The notes: generated from the sequence alone by a model not told the origin. A stretch of 18,033 nt of DNA from Pseudomonadota bacterium (GCA_034439715.1 JAWXAY010000014.1:1-18033), one strand, 5' to 3'. Shown: positions 7,289 to 17,205, counted from the first letter of the stretch. Made by a program: numbers and translations.

Positions 7289-7555
7289 ATGAAAAACCAA
7301 TTTAATCCTCAGCTTCGACAACAACTGTCTTTAGATAATTATGAGGTACTTCATCAACACCTACTTCGGCTGAGCTGGCGACAGCAATTGGTGATTCAAT
7401 TGAGATTTTGGGAGAAATACTCAATTTTCCAAATCGCGCACACCATGGGCATTAGTTGGAGGGCTGCCGATGAACTCATTGAAATGGCAATCCTAAATCT
7501 AAAAGCAGGACTTACTGAGAATTCCACAAAAACTGCCGTACTTAAAGCGGCATAG
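7289..7555 (+). CDS. Stand-alone sigma70 region-4-like helix-turn-helix protein
   Basis: LLRLSWRQQLVIQLRFWEKYSIFQIAHTMGIS...AILNLK matches the sigma region 4 pattern L-s-x-R-q-x-V-I-x-L-R-F-x4-S-x2-IA-x2-M-G-I-S; RBS GAGAGGGG. Confidence 0.75.
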   Translation: MKNQFNPQLRQQLSLDNYEVLHQHLLRLSWRQQLVIQLRFWEKYSIFQIAHTMGISWRAADELIEMAILNLKAGLTENSTKTAVLKAA

Positions 7556-7572
7556 AAAAAAGGATATTAGAA

Positions 7573-8004
7573 ATGGATCAAAATGTAGAAACTCAAAAGC
7601 ACAATGACAAATTTTATCGTTTTCAGGTCTTCCAAGGAGAGCGAGATGCCTCTGGAAAAATGAAAAAAACCAAAAGCGTCGGCATGGCTTATCTGAAAGA
7701 CGGCCAATCCATGCTCACTCTGCGACTCTGGACGCTTGTGAGCGAGCGATTTTATTTAATTCTCAATAAAAATGATGCTTCTAAATATTTAGTGATGACC
7801 CGGGAACCTAATAAAAATCCCTTGGGCAAAAATAAATATTTTTGGAATATCGTTGGCAATGGCGTGATTGATACCACACAAGGTCTTGTCACTATTGAGT
7901 TTGATCTATTGGATAAGCCGATTTTCATGAGCACACATCCAGAGTCATCCGCGTACTCAGTTTCGCTGCCTAAACCAGAGGATGTAATTCCTGACGCCGC
8001 TTAG
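7573..8004 (+). CDS. Hypothetical protein with two internal beta-rich repeats
   Basis: RBS AAGGA. Repeats KSVGMAYLKDGQSMLTLRLWTL and NIVGNGVIDTTQGLVTIEFDLL; acidic Pro-rich tail. Confidence 0.65.
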   Translation: MDQNVETQKHNDKFYRFQVFQGERDASGKMKKTKSVGMAYLKDGQSMLTLRLWTLVSERFYLILNKNDASKYLVMTREPNKNPLGKNKYFWNIVGNGVIDTTQGLVTIEFDLLDKPIFMSTHPESSAYSVSLPKPEDVIPDAA

Positions 8005-8072
8005 ATCACTGTTTTGAAATTTTATAACTGCCAGACTACTTGAGTTTTTAATTCTTAAAAAATGGAACTTAA

Positions 8073-8360
8073 ATGAAAAATAAAAATAGTTTTTTAGTTT
8101 TTGGTGTTTGTTTATCTTTAGCAATTTTGTTTCCTGACTTTGCCCACGCTGGGCTCGAAGGAAGTCTTGAGGGTCTCAAATATAAACTCACAGGAGTGAT
8201 TTTACCACTGCTCGCAGTGATGGGAATTGCTCTTTCAGCACTTTCGTTGTTCACCGGAAATCCAAATGCGAAACAACATATCGCCTATGCGATTCTGGGC
8301 TGCATATTCGGTTTTGGCGCACAAGCGATTGTTGATTTTATTGCACAAACTGTTCGCTAA
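8073..8360 (+). CDS. VirB2/TrbC-like pilin
   Basis: 95 aa; leader ending PDFAHA followed by two hydrophobic helices; first gene before the VirB3/VirB4-like genes. Confidence 0.82.
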   Translation: MKNKNSFLVFGVCLSLAILFPDFAHAGLEGSLEGLKYKLTGVILPLLAVMGIALSALSLFTGNPNAKQHIAYAILGCIFGFGAQAIVDFIAQTVR

Positions 8361-8374
8361 GAAATGGAAGGAAT

Positions 8375-8695
8375 TTGGAAAACCAGGGACTACTTACAAC
8401 GAAAGTGGCGCGTGCGCTTGAAATGAAGACGAAACTTTTTGGCTTTGAGTTGCCAGACCTGCTTATAATTTTCATGAATTTGGCAGTGACAAACCTAGTG
8501 TTCGGGACGACATCCTTTCGCTATCCGCTAGTATGGGGGACTACGCTGATTTTGGCGTCGTTCCTCTATTTTTCAAAACGCGGAAAGCCGGACAATTACT
8601 TGCAGCATTTAGGGGAAATCATAGCACAACCCTCTTACAAGGCTGCTGGTCGAGCTGATAAAAAATATCGAAAATTTAGAAAGGGGGGAAATTAA
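8375..8695 (+). CDS. VirB3-like small membrane protein
   Basis: TTG start after GGAAGGA; KLFGFE followed by two TM segments and a basic tail; sits between pilin and VirB4-like ATPase with TAATG coupling. Confidence 0.72.
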   Translation: MENQGLLTTKVARALEMKTKLFGFELPDLLIIFMNLAVTNLVFGTTSFRYPLVWGTTLILASFLYFSKRGKPDNYLQHLGEIIAQPSYKAAGRADKKYRKFRKGGN

Positions 8696-11211
8696 TGAAC
8701 CCTAATGCAAATAAAAAAGATGCGGCACTTTGCCAGGAGCTTCCATTCTGGGATTTTTTTGCGGAGCCCTTCGGTCATGCCGTACTTATTGACGGCTCCT
8801 TAGTGTGTGGACTCAAAGTGTCTCTGATCGACATTGAGTGCTTTGGTGAAAGTGAAGTGAATCAACTAACCCAAGGAATGAGGGCCGCGCTTGACTCATT
8901 GACCGAAGGTACCACTTTACAATTTGTTTTAAGCGTAGGGTCTGATTTCTCTGATTTGATTAAAAAGCACAAGAATGCTCAGACTGATATGGCGCATCCA
9001 TTAGTTCAGAGCATCGCAAAACATCGCGAAGAATCTCTGACCTTAGCAATGAATACCAAGGAGCTCTATCGCCCAGAACTTTGTGTTTACATTCGAACCG
9101 AGATGGTGGACCAGAAAAAATCTGCGTTTTGGAAAAGGAAATCGGATTTTTCTACCAAGGCAGGCCTTGCCTATGAGGAAACAATAGAGTCTCTGAGTCA
9201 GAATGTTGACACTTTGATTTCTGCCTTGGAGTCTCTGGGTTTTTCGTGCCATGCCCTATCTAGAGAAGATTTGATTTCCAATGTTTATCGTTTTCTTAAT
9301 CCCAAACGTGCTGACAGCGAGCCCTCGCCAAAACTTGTGACGCCAACTGGGCCGGACATAGACCCAAAGGTGCTTGATGAGACAGAATGGCTTGCCAACC
9401 AATCGCCGCGTGAGCAATTGGTGTTTGGAGATTTGGTTCTCAGCTATGAACAATTTGTCTTGGACGGATTTGAGCATCGTTTGGTGACCCTTAAGACTCT
9501 GCCCGAAGTTACATTTGCTGGCCAACTTGCTCACTTTTTACGCCTTCCATTTCATTACACGTTGACGCTCTCTCTTGAGGTTCCGCCCCAAGCAAATGAG
9601 ATGGCAAAGCTGCAACAAAAACGAAAAATGGCTCACTCTATGGCACTAACTCAAGGGAATAAAGCAAGCGACCTTGAGAGTGAGACTAAGTTGAACTCTA
9701 CCGAGGAGTTGATTAGGGAATTACTCTCTACAGGGCAGAGAGTTTATGCCGTTCAGTTGAATATTCTTTTAAGAGCACCAGCGACAACCGATGGCCACAA
9801 AAAACTCAATCGCGAAGTGCGCGAGGTTTTGGCGCGGTTCCGCTCGCTCCAGGGTGCAGAGGGCTTAGAAGAAACCGTTGGGAGTTGGAAAATAATGAAG
9901 GGCAATTTTCCAGCAGCTCCTATTAATTTGGAGCGCGCTAGAAAAATGAAGACACATAATCTTGCAGATTTTCTTCCGGTCTATGGTCCGAGGGTTGGTG
10001 ACAGCGACCCGGCGGTTATTTTTAGAAATCGCCTCAATGGGCTTGTAAGCTTTAATCCTTTTGATCCTGGTCTACCCAATTATAATGCGCTCGTCACGGG
10101 TTCGAGTGGAGCCGGAAAGAGTTTTTTAAATAACTGCATCTTGCTCCAGGAATTAGCTCGTGGTCTTCGGGTATTTATTATCGACATTGGAGGAAGCTAC
10201 CAGAAACTTACGGAGAGTCTTGATGGTCAGTATTTAGAAATTAATCTTACCGACAACTACAAATTAAATCCTTTTCACCTCACAAATCCACAAGAAGAGC
10301 CCAGTAATCAGAAGCTGAAATCAATATTAGCAATCATTGAGTGCATGGTTGCAGAAAATGATAAAGTAAAATTAGCAAAACTCGACCGCGCACTTTTAGA
10401 GCGAGCCGTGATTGAACTTTATCGTTCTCGCCGACCAAAGGGCGAAATACCAACTTTGACTGACCTCGCAAAATATTTATCTGTTTTCGAAGAAGACTCG
10501 ATGAGAGCGATTTCTAAGATGTTATATCTCTGGACTGGCGAGAGACCTTATGGGCGATTGCTTGATGGCCAGGGAGGCCTTAGAACGGACGCAAATATTT
10601 GCACCTTTGATCTGAAGGGGCTATCAAGCCATCCCGATTTACAAAGCGTAATGATTTTGATTCTAACGGACTTCATTCTTTCGCAAGTGGAGAGTGACAA
10701 AGTAAATCGTAAACGAATTATTTTGGACGAAGCGTGGGAGCTTCTGAAATCTGAGGCTGCGGCTGGATTTATGGAGTATTGCGCGAGAACTCTCAGAAAA
10801 ACTGGCTCTGGAATAACATTTATTACTCAAGGTGTAGAAGAAATCGTGGCCTCGCCAATTGGGGCTGCGATTTTAAACAATACCGCGACGAAATTTGTAA
10901 TGCTCCAGCGCGGAGATTCTGAAATTCTAGCTCAGGCACTTAAACTTAATGAACAAGAGTTAAATCTTGTTCACTCGCTTCAACAACGAAAGGGAGAGTT
11001 TTCAGAAGGATTCATGATTGCAGGAGATCATCGTCAAGTTATAAGAATATTTCCAAGTCCCTTTGAGTATTGGCTATCGACGTCAGACGCACAAGACAAC
11101 AATTTGGTCGCAGATCTGAGAAAGCAAGGTCTTGAATTGCCAGAAGCCATCAAAAAAGCAGCCGAACTTTACCCAAATGGTTTAGCCGCTGGTCTTAAGG
11201 GAGTAACATGA
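8695..11211 (+). CDS. virB4: VirB4/TraC-family conjugative T4SS ATPase
   Basis: 838 aa; NALVTGSSGAGKS (Walker A), IIDIGGSY, INL...LNPF, IILDEAW (Walker B), RTLRK, FITQ, ILNNT. Confidence 0.93.
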   Translation: MNPNANKKDAALCQELPFWDFFAEPFGHAVLIDGSLVCGLKVSLIDIECFGESEVNQLTQGMRAALDSLTEGTTLQFVLSVGSDFSDLIKKHKNAQTDMAHPLVQSIAKHREESLTLAMNTKELYRPELCVYIRTEMVDQKKSAFWKRKSDFSTKAGLAYEETIESLSQNVDTLISALESLGFSCHALSREDLISNVYRFLNPKRADSEPSPKLVTPTGPDIDPKVLDETEWLANQSPREQLVFGDLVLSYEQFVLDGFEHRLVTLKTLPEVTFAGQLAHFLRLPFHYTLTLSLEVPPQANEMAKLQQKRKMAHSMALTQGNKASDLESETKLNSTEELIRELLSTGQRVYAVQLNILLRAPATTDGHKKLNREVREVLARFRSLQGAEGLEETVGSWKIMKGNFPAAPINLERARKMKTHNLADFLPVYGPRVGDSDPAVIFRNRLNGLVSFNPFDPGLPNYNALVTGSSGAGKSFLNNCILLQELARGLRVFIIDIGGSYQKLTESLDGQYLEINLTDNYKLNPFHLTNPQEEPSNQKLKSILAIIECMVAENDKVKLAKLDRALLERAVIELYRSRRPKGEIPTLTDLAKYLSVFEEDSMRAISKMLYLWTGERPYGRLLDGQGGLRTDANICTFDLKGLSSHPDLQSVMILILTDFILSQVESDKVNRKRIILDEAWELLKSEAAAGFMEYCARTLRKTGSGITFITQGVEEIVASPIGAAILNNTATKFVMLQRGDSEILAQALKLNEQELNLVHSLQQRKGEFSEGFMIAGDHRQVIRIFPSPFEYWLSTSDAQDNNLVADLRKQGLELPEAIKKAAELYPNGLAAGLKGVT

Positions 11212-11915
11212 AGAAAATTAAGAAATTTATTGTTGTGGGACTCATAAGTTTTGGACTTATGGTCCCACAGCCAGGTCGTGCCGACATCTTCGGCGGCGAC
11301 GTTGCTGTATTGGTGCAGATTTTAGCAAATGCGATTCAGCAATTGACGCAACTTCAGCAAATCTTAGGCACTGGCGCAAATACGCTAAATTTAATGAGAG
11401 ATATAAATCGAGGAATTAGAGACGGACTTGCCGTCATTCAGATGCTAAATCCAAAATTCAATCCTGGTCTGTACGGAGATTTGGAAACGGCTGACCGCGT
11501 ATTATCAACGCTTCAAGATTTATACGGACGAATTCCCAATACTAGCGAGTCACGGCTACAGGCCGCGCAAGATCAATCGGCCTCAGAAAGTATCGCCATG
11601 AACGGCACGCTATTTCGATTTGCAGACCGTGCTGACGACGAAAGTCGAAAAATAATTGACCATTCTCAAGTAGTAAATCCGCAGGGGGCGGCAAAGCTGA
11701 CAGCCCAATCAATTGCAATTTTAATAGGAGTGACCACTCAAGTTCTGAGAACTAACTCAATGATGCTCAAAATGATGGGCGAAAATATGGCTCTCTCAAA
11801 CCGAAAAGAAAAAGTACAAGCCGCACAGTTTCGCACCCAGTACGATGGGCTCTCACACGCATTTGGTGGACTTCCCGATAGCACCAAACTCGCTCCCCTA
11901 GACGGAGGAAATTAA
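11208..11915 (+). CDS. VirB5/TrbJ-like secreted T4SS component
   Basis: Signal peptide ending PGRA-D; Gln-rich helical QILANAIQQLTQLQQ; position between VirB4-like and VirB6-like genes. Confidence 0.62.
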   Translation: MKKIKKFIVVGLISFGLMVPQPGRADIFGGDVAVLVQILANAIQQLTQLQQILGTGANTLNLMRDINRGIRDGLAVIQMLNPKFNPGLYGDLETADRVLSTLQDLYGRIPNTSESRLQAAQDQSASESIAMNGTLFRFADRADDESRKIIDHSQVVNPQGAAKLTAQSIAILIGVTTQVLRTNSMMLKMMGENMALSNRKEKVQAAQFRTQYDGLSHAFGGLPDSTKLAPLDGGN

Positions 11916-11917
11916 AG

Positions 11918-12781
11918 ATGCCACAGTTTGAACTTCTTGGCTCACTCATGCGCGACTTACATCAAGAATTTGTGAGACTTTATTATTTAATGCTGCCGCT
12001 GTTTTTTGCTATTGCGATAGCGAGTGCATGGTTTCGGGCGCCAGGCGGTGGCCTCGAATTTGTCGATACCTTAAGGAGGACCATTGTCGCAACTTTATTA
12101 CTGGCGGCCCTTCCTGATATCAGTCGCGCCATCATTGTGGTCGCCGATGGGATAGCTGATAAAATTGATCAAATGAACAATATCGACGTTATCATTCGCA
12201 TGGCACAGGAAAAGTCTCAGGGATATTCGTTATCACTAAAAAGTATTCTGCTACAGTTCGATGATCTGATTATAGCGGGACTTTCATTCATTAGTTACTT
12301 GGTGCTTTATATCGCGAGATATTTAACACTTGCAATGTATCACTTCTTTTGGCTCTTCTATATGGTTACGGCACCCTTGCTGCTTTTGTTTAATTTGTTT
12401 CCTGGTACCAGCCAAATTACGAAAAATCTATTCAGAGGAATGATTGAAGTCGCTTCTTGGAAAATTGTCTGGGCAATCTTAGGAGCAATGCTTGCCTCCC
12501 TAAGTTTTGGCGAAATGTATCGCAGTGAGGGAAGTTACGTCGAACTAATAGTGATGAATTTTGTTATCGCAATTGCCATGTTAGCCACACCAATGCTTGT
12601 ACGGTCACTTATAAATGGCGGGCTTACTTCAATGTCTTCAGTCATTGGTCCGGCCTCTGTTGCCGCAATAGTGGCCACCCCTGCTAGAGCTGCCACGATG
12701 TACGGTGCAACTAAGGGTGGCCTATCCAGCGGAAAGAATTTTGTGAGCGCAAGATTAGAAAAAAGACGATCCGAAAAATAA
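11918..12781 (+). CDS. VirB6/TrbL-like polytopic inner-membrane protein
   Basis: About 5-6 hydrophobic segments; APLLLLFNLFPGT motif; Gly/Ala-rich C-terminus; position in the cluster. Confidence 0.75.
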   Translation: MPQFELLGSLMRDLHQEFVRLYYLMLPLFFAIAIASAWFRAPGGGLEFVDTLRRTIVATLLLAALPDISRAIIVVADGIADKIDQMNNIDVIIRMAQEKSQGYSLSLKSILLQFDDLIIAGLSFISYLVLYIARYLTLAMYHFFWLFYMVTAPLLLLFNLFPGTSQITKNLFRGMIEVASWKIVWAILGAMLASLSFGEMYRSEGSYVELIVMNFVIAIAMLATPMLVRSLINGGLTSMSSVIGPASVAAIVATPARAATMYGATKGGLSSGKNFVSARLEKRRSEK

Positions 12782-12822
12782 AATCAACGCTCAATGTACC
12801 GTTTTTAAAAATAAGGAACCTT

Positions 12823-13410
12823 ATGCAAACTAATGTTCAAATAAAATCCTTGAAGTTTCCAAAGCTTCTTGGCGACTTAACTCATTCGAATCAATTCTTG
12901 AAGATGTTTTCAATTTCAATGGCTGGAATCACAATTCTTGCACTTGTCTTGATTTTTGTATTGGCAACTCGAAGCCCAGTCGTCTTGACCCTGAACCCCA
13001 ATGCCCAACCCATAAACCAAGTGAGTTTGCCCAATCCTGAACTAGAAGTTCAGTCTGCAATGAGGCGCTACCTTGAACTTCGATATCAGTGGACCCCAGA
13101 GACAGTTAAACAGAAACTGGCTGAGGCACTGTCGATGATTCACTTAAGCGCAATGAAGGCATATTTGGGAGCAGCTGCAAACGTCGTTAAATTCTCGACT
13201 GAGAAACTTGTTTCTCAGCGGGTTTATGCCACAATTCTTACGGTTGATCTTCGCCGCAGGAATGTGCAAATTCTTGGGGACCGAATCACAGCAATTCAAA
13301 GTCTAAAAGCGGCTGGTGATTTAAAATTGGAATTGAGTTTCGATTTCGGCCCAAGAACAAAGGAGAACCCGTGGGGAATTTATGTTACGAAAGAACTTGA
13401 AAAGCAGTAA
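12823..13410 (+). CDS. VirB8-like bitopic T4SS protein
   Basis: Single N-terminal TM segment; C-terminal RTKENPWGIYV matches the VirB8/TrbF NPxGxxV motif; RBS AAGGA. Confidence 0.8.
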   Translation: MQTNVQIKSLKFPKLLGDLTHSNQFLKMFSISMAGITILALVLIFVLATRSPVVLTLNPNAQPINQVSLPNPELEVQSAMRRYLELRYQWTPETVKQKLAEALSMIHLSAMKAYLGAAANVVKFSTEKLVSQRVYATILTVDLRRRNVQILGDRITAIQSLKAAGDLKLELSFDFGPRTKENPWGIYVTKELEKQ

Positions 13411-13468
13411 TGCCGTTTTGTTAATGGTCACCTGAGACTGGAATTTTAATTTTTAAATAGGAGTCACC

Positions 13469-14182
13469 GTGAATCCAATCTTTTGGATCATGCTCCTTGC
13501 CCCTGCATTGTCTTTCGCCAACGAACGGGTCCGCCATGTTGAATATCATACCGATCAGATTGTTACCGTTCGAACGGCCCTTGGTATCGCTACGATTATC
13601 CAAGTGCCTGATCGCCCCAACAGTGTTGTTGTTGGCGATCAAGATAAATTTAAGGTGGAATATCTAGATCAAGCGATCACGATCAAGCCACTTCAAGCAG
13701 GAGAAAAGAGCAATCTTTATATTTATACCGACTACCAGAGATACAACGTCCAACTTGTCACTGGAGCTGAAGCCAGTTCTGACTTTGTTATTTATCTTGA
13801 AAATATAAAACCGAAAGCTAAAAAGAAGGCTGCGCCACTTCGATGGACGCCATTTGTTCGCTCAGTTTCTAATGACGAAATTACTTTTGAAAGTAAGCGC
13901 CTTGGCCGCGCAAGTGAGGGCGTGTTTTTAATCGAGTTTCAAATAAGAGCAGCCAAAAAAACTGTCATTAAGCCCGAATGGTTTTGGCTAATACAGGAAA
14001 AAGAAACGAGACCAATTCAAAGTTTATTCATTGCAACAGCTGATCTTGCCGTGGGTGAAAACACTCAAGGGGTGATACAGATTTTAGGGAGAGATATTGA
14101 CCTCACAAAAGCAATTCGAATTGAACTGAGACGAAAAAAAACATCGTTTTTAACAATTCCAAGGATGAACCAGTGGAAATAG
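13469..14182 (+). CDS. VirB9/TrbG/CagX-like outer-membrane core protein
   Basis: GTG start after AGGAG; signal peptide; Y...IVTVRTALGIATIIQ, VVGD, ITIKP, SNLYIYTDYQRY pattern typical of VirB9 N-domains. Confidence 0.85.
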   Translation: MNPIFWIMLLAPALSFANERVRHVEYHTDQIVTVRTALGIATIIQVPDRPNSVVVGDQDKFKVEYLDQAITIKPLQAGEKSNLYIYTDYQRYNVQLVTGAEASSDFVIYLENIKPKAKKKAAPLRWTPFVRSVSNDEITFESKRLGRASEGVFLIEFQIRAAKKTVIKPEWFWLIQEKETRPIQSLFIATADLAVGENTQGVIQILGRDIDLTKAIRIELRRKKTSFLTIPRMNQWK

Positions 14183-15156
14183 ACAAATTACAGGAGCGTC
14201 TTTCAAATTTAGTTTTGAAAGACGCTCTGCCGTTTACCAAAAAGCGAGATGTTAATTGGAAAATTATTCGCAATGTTTCTATTGTCGGAGTGATTAGCAT
14301 GGTCGTTGTTATTCTGCTCTTGCCCACACCAAGGCCCGATCAAAAAATATTTTATGAGAAATCAGAAGGCAGAACGTCGGCTGGGTCAAATCCTGCGAAT
14401 GCCATGACGCCTCATGAGAATAATCCTACTGAGGATACGCTTGCCCAACTTCAAAGTGCAAAAAGTCAGGCTGGATCTGTGCCTAATTCACTTGACCACC
14501 TTTATAACTCTGGTGGCGGCGGTGGGGGCAGTTCAGCTAATCGAAATAGCTCAATGGTCTTATCTCGCGGTGGTTTTGATTCAAAAACTCAACTTCCACC
14601 AGGAGCAAGGTTTTCGGTGGTGCTTGACCAGTCGATGACGCTCGACTCGCATTCGATGCCGCTCACTGCCACGGTCAACAAAGAAGTCACTCAGGAGGAC
14701 GGCACGGCGATTCCTCAAGGTGCAAAGCTCTATGGAGACGCGAGCTTTGACGATGCTTCTGAACGAGTGCAAGTGAATTGGAAGTCGGTTCAGTTTCCTA
14801 ACGGCACCATGAAGCCAATCGCTGGGATTGGAGTTGGCTCAGATGGTCAGGTTGGAGTCGAGGGCGACGTTCATTCAAATGCTATGAAGAACACCGTAGG
14901 GCAAACGCTTACAAGGTTCATCGGAGCTTATGCCGAAGGATCAATGCAAAGAGGTGCTTTGGGTAGCAACCCAGGCGGCGGCGATAACGGACTAAAAAAC
15001 GCGGTGGCTGAGACCGCCAAAGACCGCGCGAATACACTAGCTGAGGGTATGAAAAAAGAACGGAAGTGGATTGAGTTAAAAGCAGGTTCAATATTTTTTG
15101 TGGTTGTGACTCAGGCGTTTCAATTTAGAGATCCAGGAGCTACACATGGCAGATAA
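14173..15156 (+). CDS. VirB10/TrbI-like protein
   Basis: N-terminal TM segment, low-complexity linker, then LPPGARFSVVL, AIPQGAKLYG, RVQVNW...FPNG, DGQVGVEG and IELKAG motifs. Confidence 0.88.
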   Translation: MEIDKLQERLSNLVLKDALPFTKKRDVNWKIIRNVSIVGVISMVVVILLLPTPRPDQKIFYEKSEGRTSAGSNPANAMTPHENNPTEDTLAQLQSAKSQAGSVPNSLDHLYNSGGGGGGSSANRNSSMVLSRGGFDSKTQLPPGARFSVVLDQSMTLDSHSMPLTATVNKEVTQEDGTAIPQGAKLYGDASFDDASERVQVNWKSVQFPNGTMKPIAGIGVGSDGQVGVEGDVHSNAMKNTVGQTLTRFIGAYAEGSMQRGALGSNPGGGDNGLKNAVAETAKDRANTLAEGMKKERKWIELKAGSIFFVVVTQAFQFRDPGATHGR

Positions 15157-16747
15157 AGCACAACAAAGCTCTGGAAGTGACCATGCGCTATTCGTCGGCG
15201 CAGGGTTATTTTTGACTTTCACGATACTTAGTAAGTTTGAGAAATGGTTAAAAGCCAGTTTAGATCACCAAATTCTTTTTGCAGGAATAGTTGGGATTCT
15301 TATCGCAGCAGTGTCGTATTGGGCCGTGCAAAAGCGCGAAATAGCGAGAATTAAGAGGGAGCGAGACGCTGGAATTCTTGGCCCTGAAAAAAATTCAGTT
15401 TTTTGCGGAACCACCATAAATGGCGAAGATGTTTTTATAAAAACGCAGCAGCGGACAATGCACACTCAAATTATTGGCACAACCAATGCCGGAAAAACCG
15501 AGAGCGTAATTCTCCCCTGGGCGATTCAAGACATCAAGCAAGGTCGTGGTCTAATTCTTATTGATGGCAAAGCAGATAAATCCCTACTTGATAAATTATG
15601 GGCCTACGCTGTTCAAAGCGGCAGACAAAAAGATTTTAGACTCTTTTCGTTGAGTAATATCGAGGAGTCATATCAATTTAATCCCCTAATTGGCGGAACC
15701 CCAGAAGAAGTCACAGAGCGAGTATTTAACGCCTTTGAGTTTGAAAATCCATATTACCGAAGTGTGCAGTTTGAGGTTTTCTCTCAGGTAATGCGAGTTT
15801 TTGAAAAGGCGAAAAAAATTCCAACTTTCCTAAGATTACACCAAGCGATGACGAATCCCGCGATTTTAAAATACATGGTTCAAAAGTGGGACAAAAACGA
15901 TCCGCTCAAGCAATGGGTAGATTATTTCAAAGATTTGCCCGCACTAGAAAGAGCGCAGAGAACCAGCGGTTTACTAGCGGCAATCAGTCACTTTGCCTTT
16001 GGCAAGGCCTCGTGCCTCTTTAATACTGAGGCTCCCGAGATAACGCTTGATAAGGCGCTAAGTAAAAACTTGATTGTATATTTTCAGCTCCCCGTTTTAC
16101 TTTCACCGTTTTTGGGACAAGCGAGTGGGAAGATGATTTTACAGTGTTTGCAAGGAGCCGTGGCCAATCGTCACCGATCATCAAATCGCCAACCAGATTT
16201 TTTTTCGGTCTTCTTAGATGACTTTACTGAGTATTTATACCCTGGATTTGTATCCATACTTAATAAATCCAGAAGTGCGAACGTCGGGATTGTTTTTGCA
16301 CATCAAGCCTTGGGAGACATCAAGACTCTGGGCGATCCGATTGCAAACTCAATTTTAACCAATGCAAATCTTAAAGTATTTATGCGTGGCAATGATCCTG
16401 ATTCTACCGAATACTTTTCAAAAGTGATCGGCACGTCAAAAACTGTCAAATATACCGAGCGAACTAAGACCGGATTTTTTGCTAAAGAAAATACTGGTGA
16501 TGCGTCTGCTCGTGAGGTTGAAGAATTCATCATTCACCCGAATAAATTTAAAAATGAGCTTGGGGTTGGTGAGGCTATGATGGTGATTCCGCACGCTGCG
16601 GGGAGTAAAACTGTTCATATCAAGTTTCGAAAATACGATGATATTCCTGCGCCCGACCTTATACCCGTTACAAAAGAAAATGCGAAACCTCTTGAATTAC
16701 CAGTTGAGCAAAAAAATCAAAACTCAATCAGAGAGGAAAACATATGA
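15146..16747 (+). CDS. virD4: VirD4/TraD-like type IV coupling protein
   Basis: Two N-terminal TM segments; HTQIIGTTNAGKT (Walker A), LIDGKAD, FNPL, FLDDF (Walker B variant), KSRSANV, AHQALGDI, ILTN. Confidence 0.9.
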   Translation: MADKAQQSSGSDHALFVGAGLFLTFTILSKFEKWLKASLDHQILFAGIVGILIAAVSYWAVQKREIARIKRERDAGILGPEKNSVFCGTTINGEDVFIKTQQRTMHTQIIGTTNAGKTESVILPWAIQDIKQGRGLILIDGKADKSLLDKLWAYAVQSGRQKDFRLFSLSNIEESYQFNPLIGGTPEEVTERVFNAFEFENPYYRSVQFEVFSQVMRVFEKAKKIPTFLRLHQAMTNPAILKYMVQKWDKNDPLKQWVDYFKDLPALERAQRTSGLLAAISHFAFGKASCLFNTEAPEITLDKALSKNLIVYFQLPVLLSPFLGQASGKMILQCLQGAVANRHRSSNRQPDFFSVFLDDFTEYLYPGFVSILNKSRSANVGIVFAHQALGDIKTLGDPIANSILTNANLKVFMRGNDPDSTEYFSKVIGTSKTVKYTERTKTGFFAKENTGDASAREVEEFIIHPNKFKNELGVGEAMMVIPHAAGSKTVHIKFRKYDDIPAPDLIPVTKENAKPLELPVEQKNQNSIREENI

Positions 16748-17205
16748 CAAAACATGAATCAACAAACTTCAAATATTGTCTTGCCATTCAACTTTTTGCG
16801 CTATCAATCGTATTTTTAATGGGTGGCTGCGCGACCGACAACAAAAGTGTTGGTCTTGGGGCCGGCCTCGGTGTCGGCGCTGGCGCTATTGCTGGTGGAC
16901 TCGCAGATCCAGGCAAAGACGGCCAATACCGAACTCGAAACGTGATCGTAGGCGCGGCTCTTGGCGGTATGGCGGGAATGGTTGCGGGGTCAGTTATACA
17001 TAGTGAGCTGGAAGATCAAAAAAAAGAAGCGTACTCGAAAGGGCGAGCGTCATCTCCCTCGCCTAAGACGGGGGCAATGCCCGCCCTGAAGAGCGCCAAG
17101 GTTGATTCTCGATGGGTCGAAGCCCACAGCGTGAGCAATCGTTATATCGAAGGCCATTTTGAATACATCATTACGGAGCCAGCAAGATGGGATGAGAGCC
17201 AATGA
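16744..17205 (+). CDS. Lipoprotein with glycine zipper, T4SS-associated
   Basis: Lipobox-like FLMGG-C; GLGAGLGVGAGAIAGG and GAALGGMAGMVAG glycine zippers; C-terminal WVEAH...YIEGHFEY...PARW is reminiscent of TraV-type lipoproteins. ATGA-coupled on both sides. Confidence 0.65.
   Translation: MTKHESTNFKYCLAIQLFALSIVFLMGGCATDNKSVGLGAGLGVGAGAIAGGLADPGKDGQYRTRNVIVGAALGGMAGMVAGSVIHSELEDQKKEAYSKGRASSPSPKTGAMPALKSAKVDSRWVEAHSVSNRYIEGHFEYIITEPARWDESQ

Noticed and set aside
14512..14529. G-rich run in the VirB10-like gene
   Set aside because: Encodes a poly-Gly linker with mixed codons; not a slippage tract or independent repeat.
1456..17003. Short overlapping or antisense ORFs in the track (e.g. 1714-1977, 2402-2653, 4024-4347, 5825-6073, 6873-7142, 9256-9534, 13421-13642, 16303-16533, 16776-17003)
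   Set aside because: They lie within or opposite well-supported genes and lack recognisable motifs; treated as shadow ORFs.
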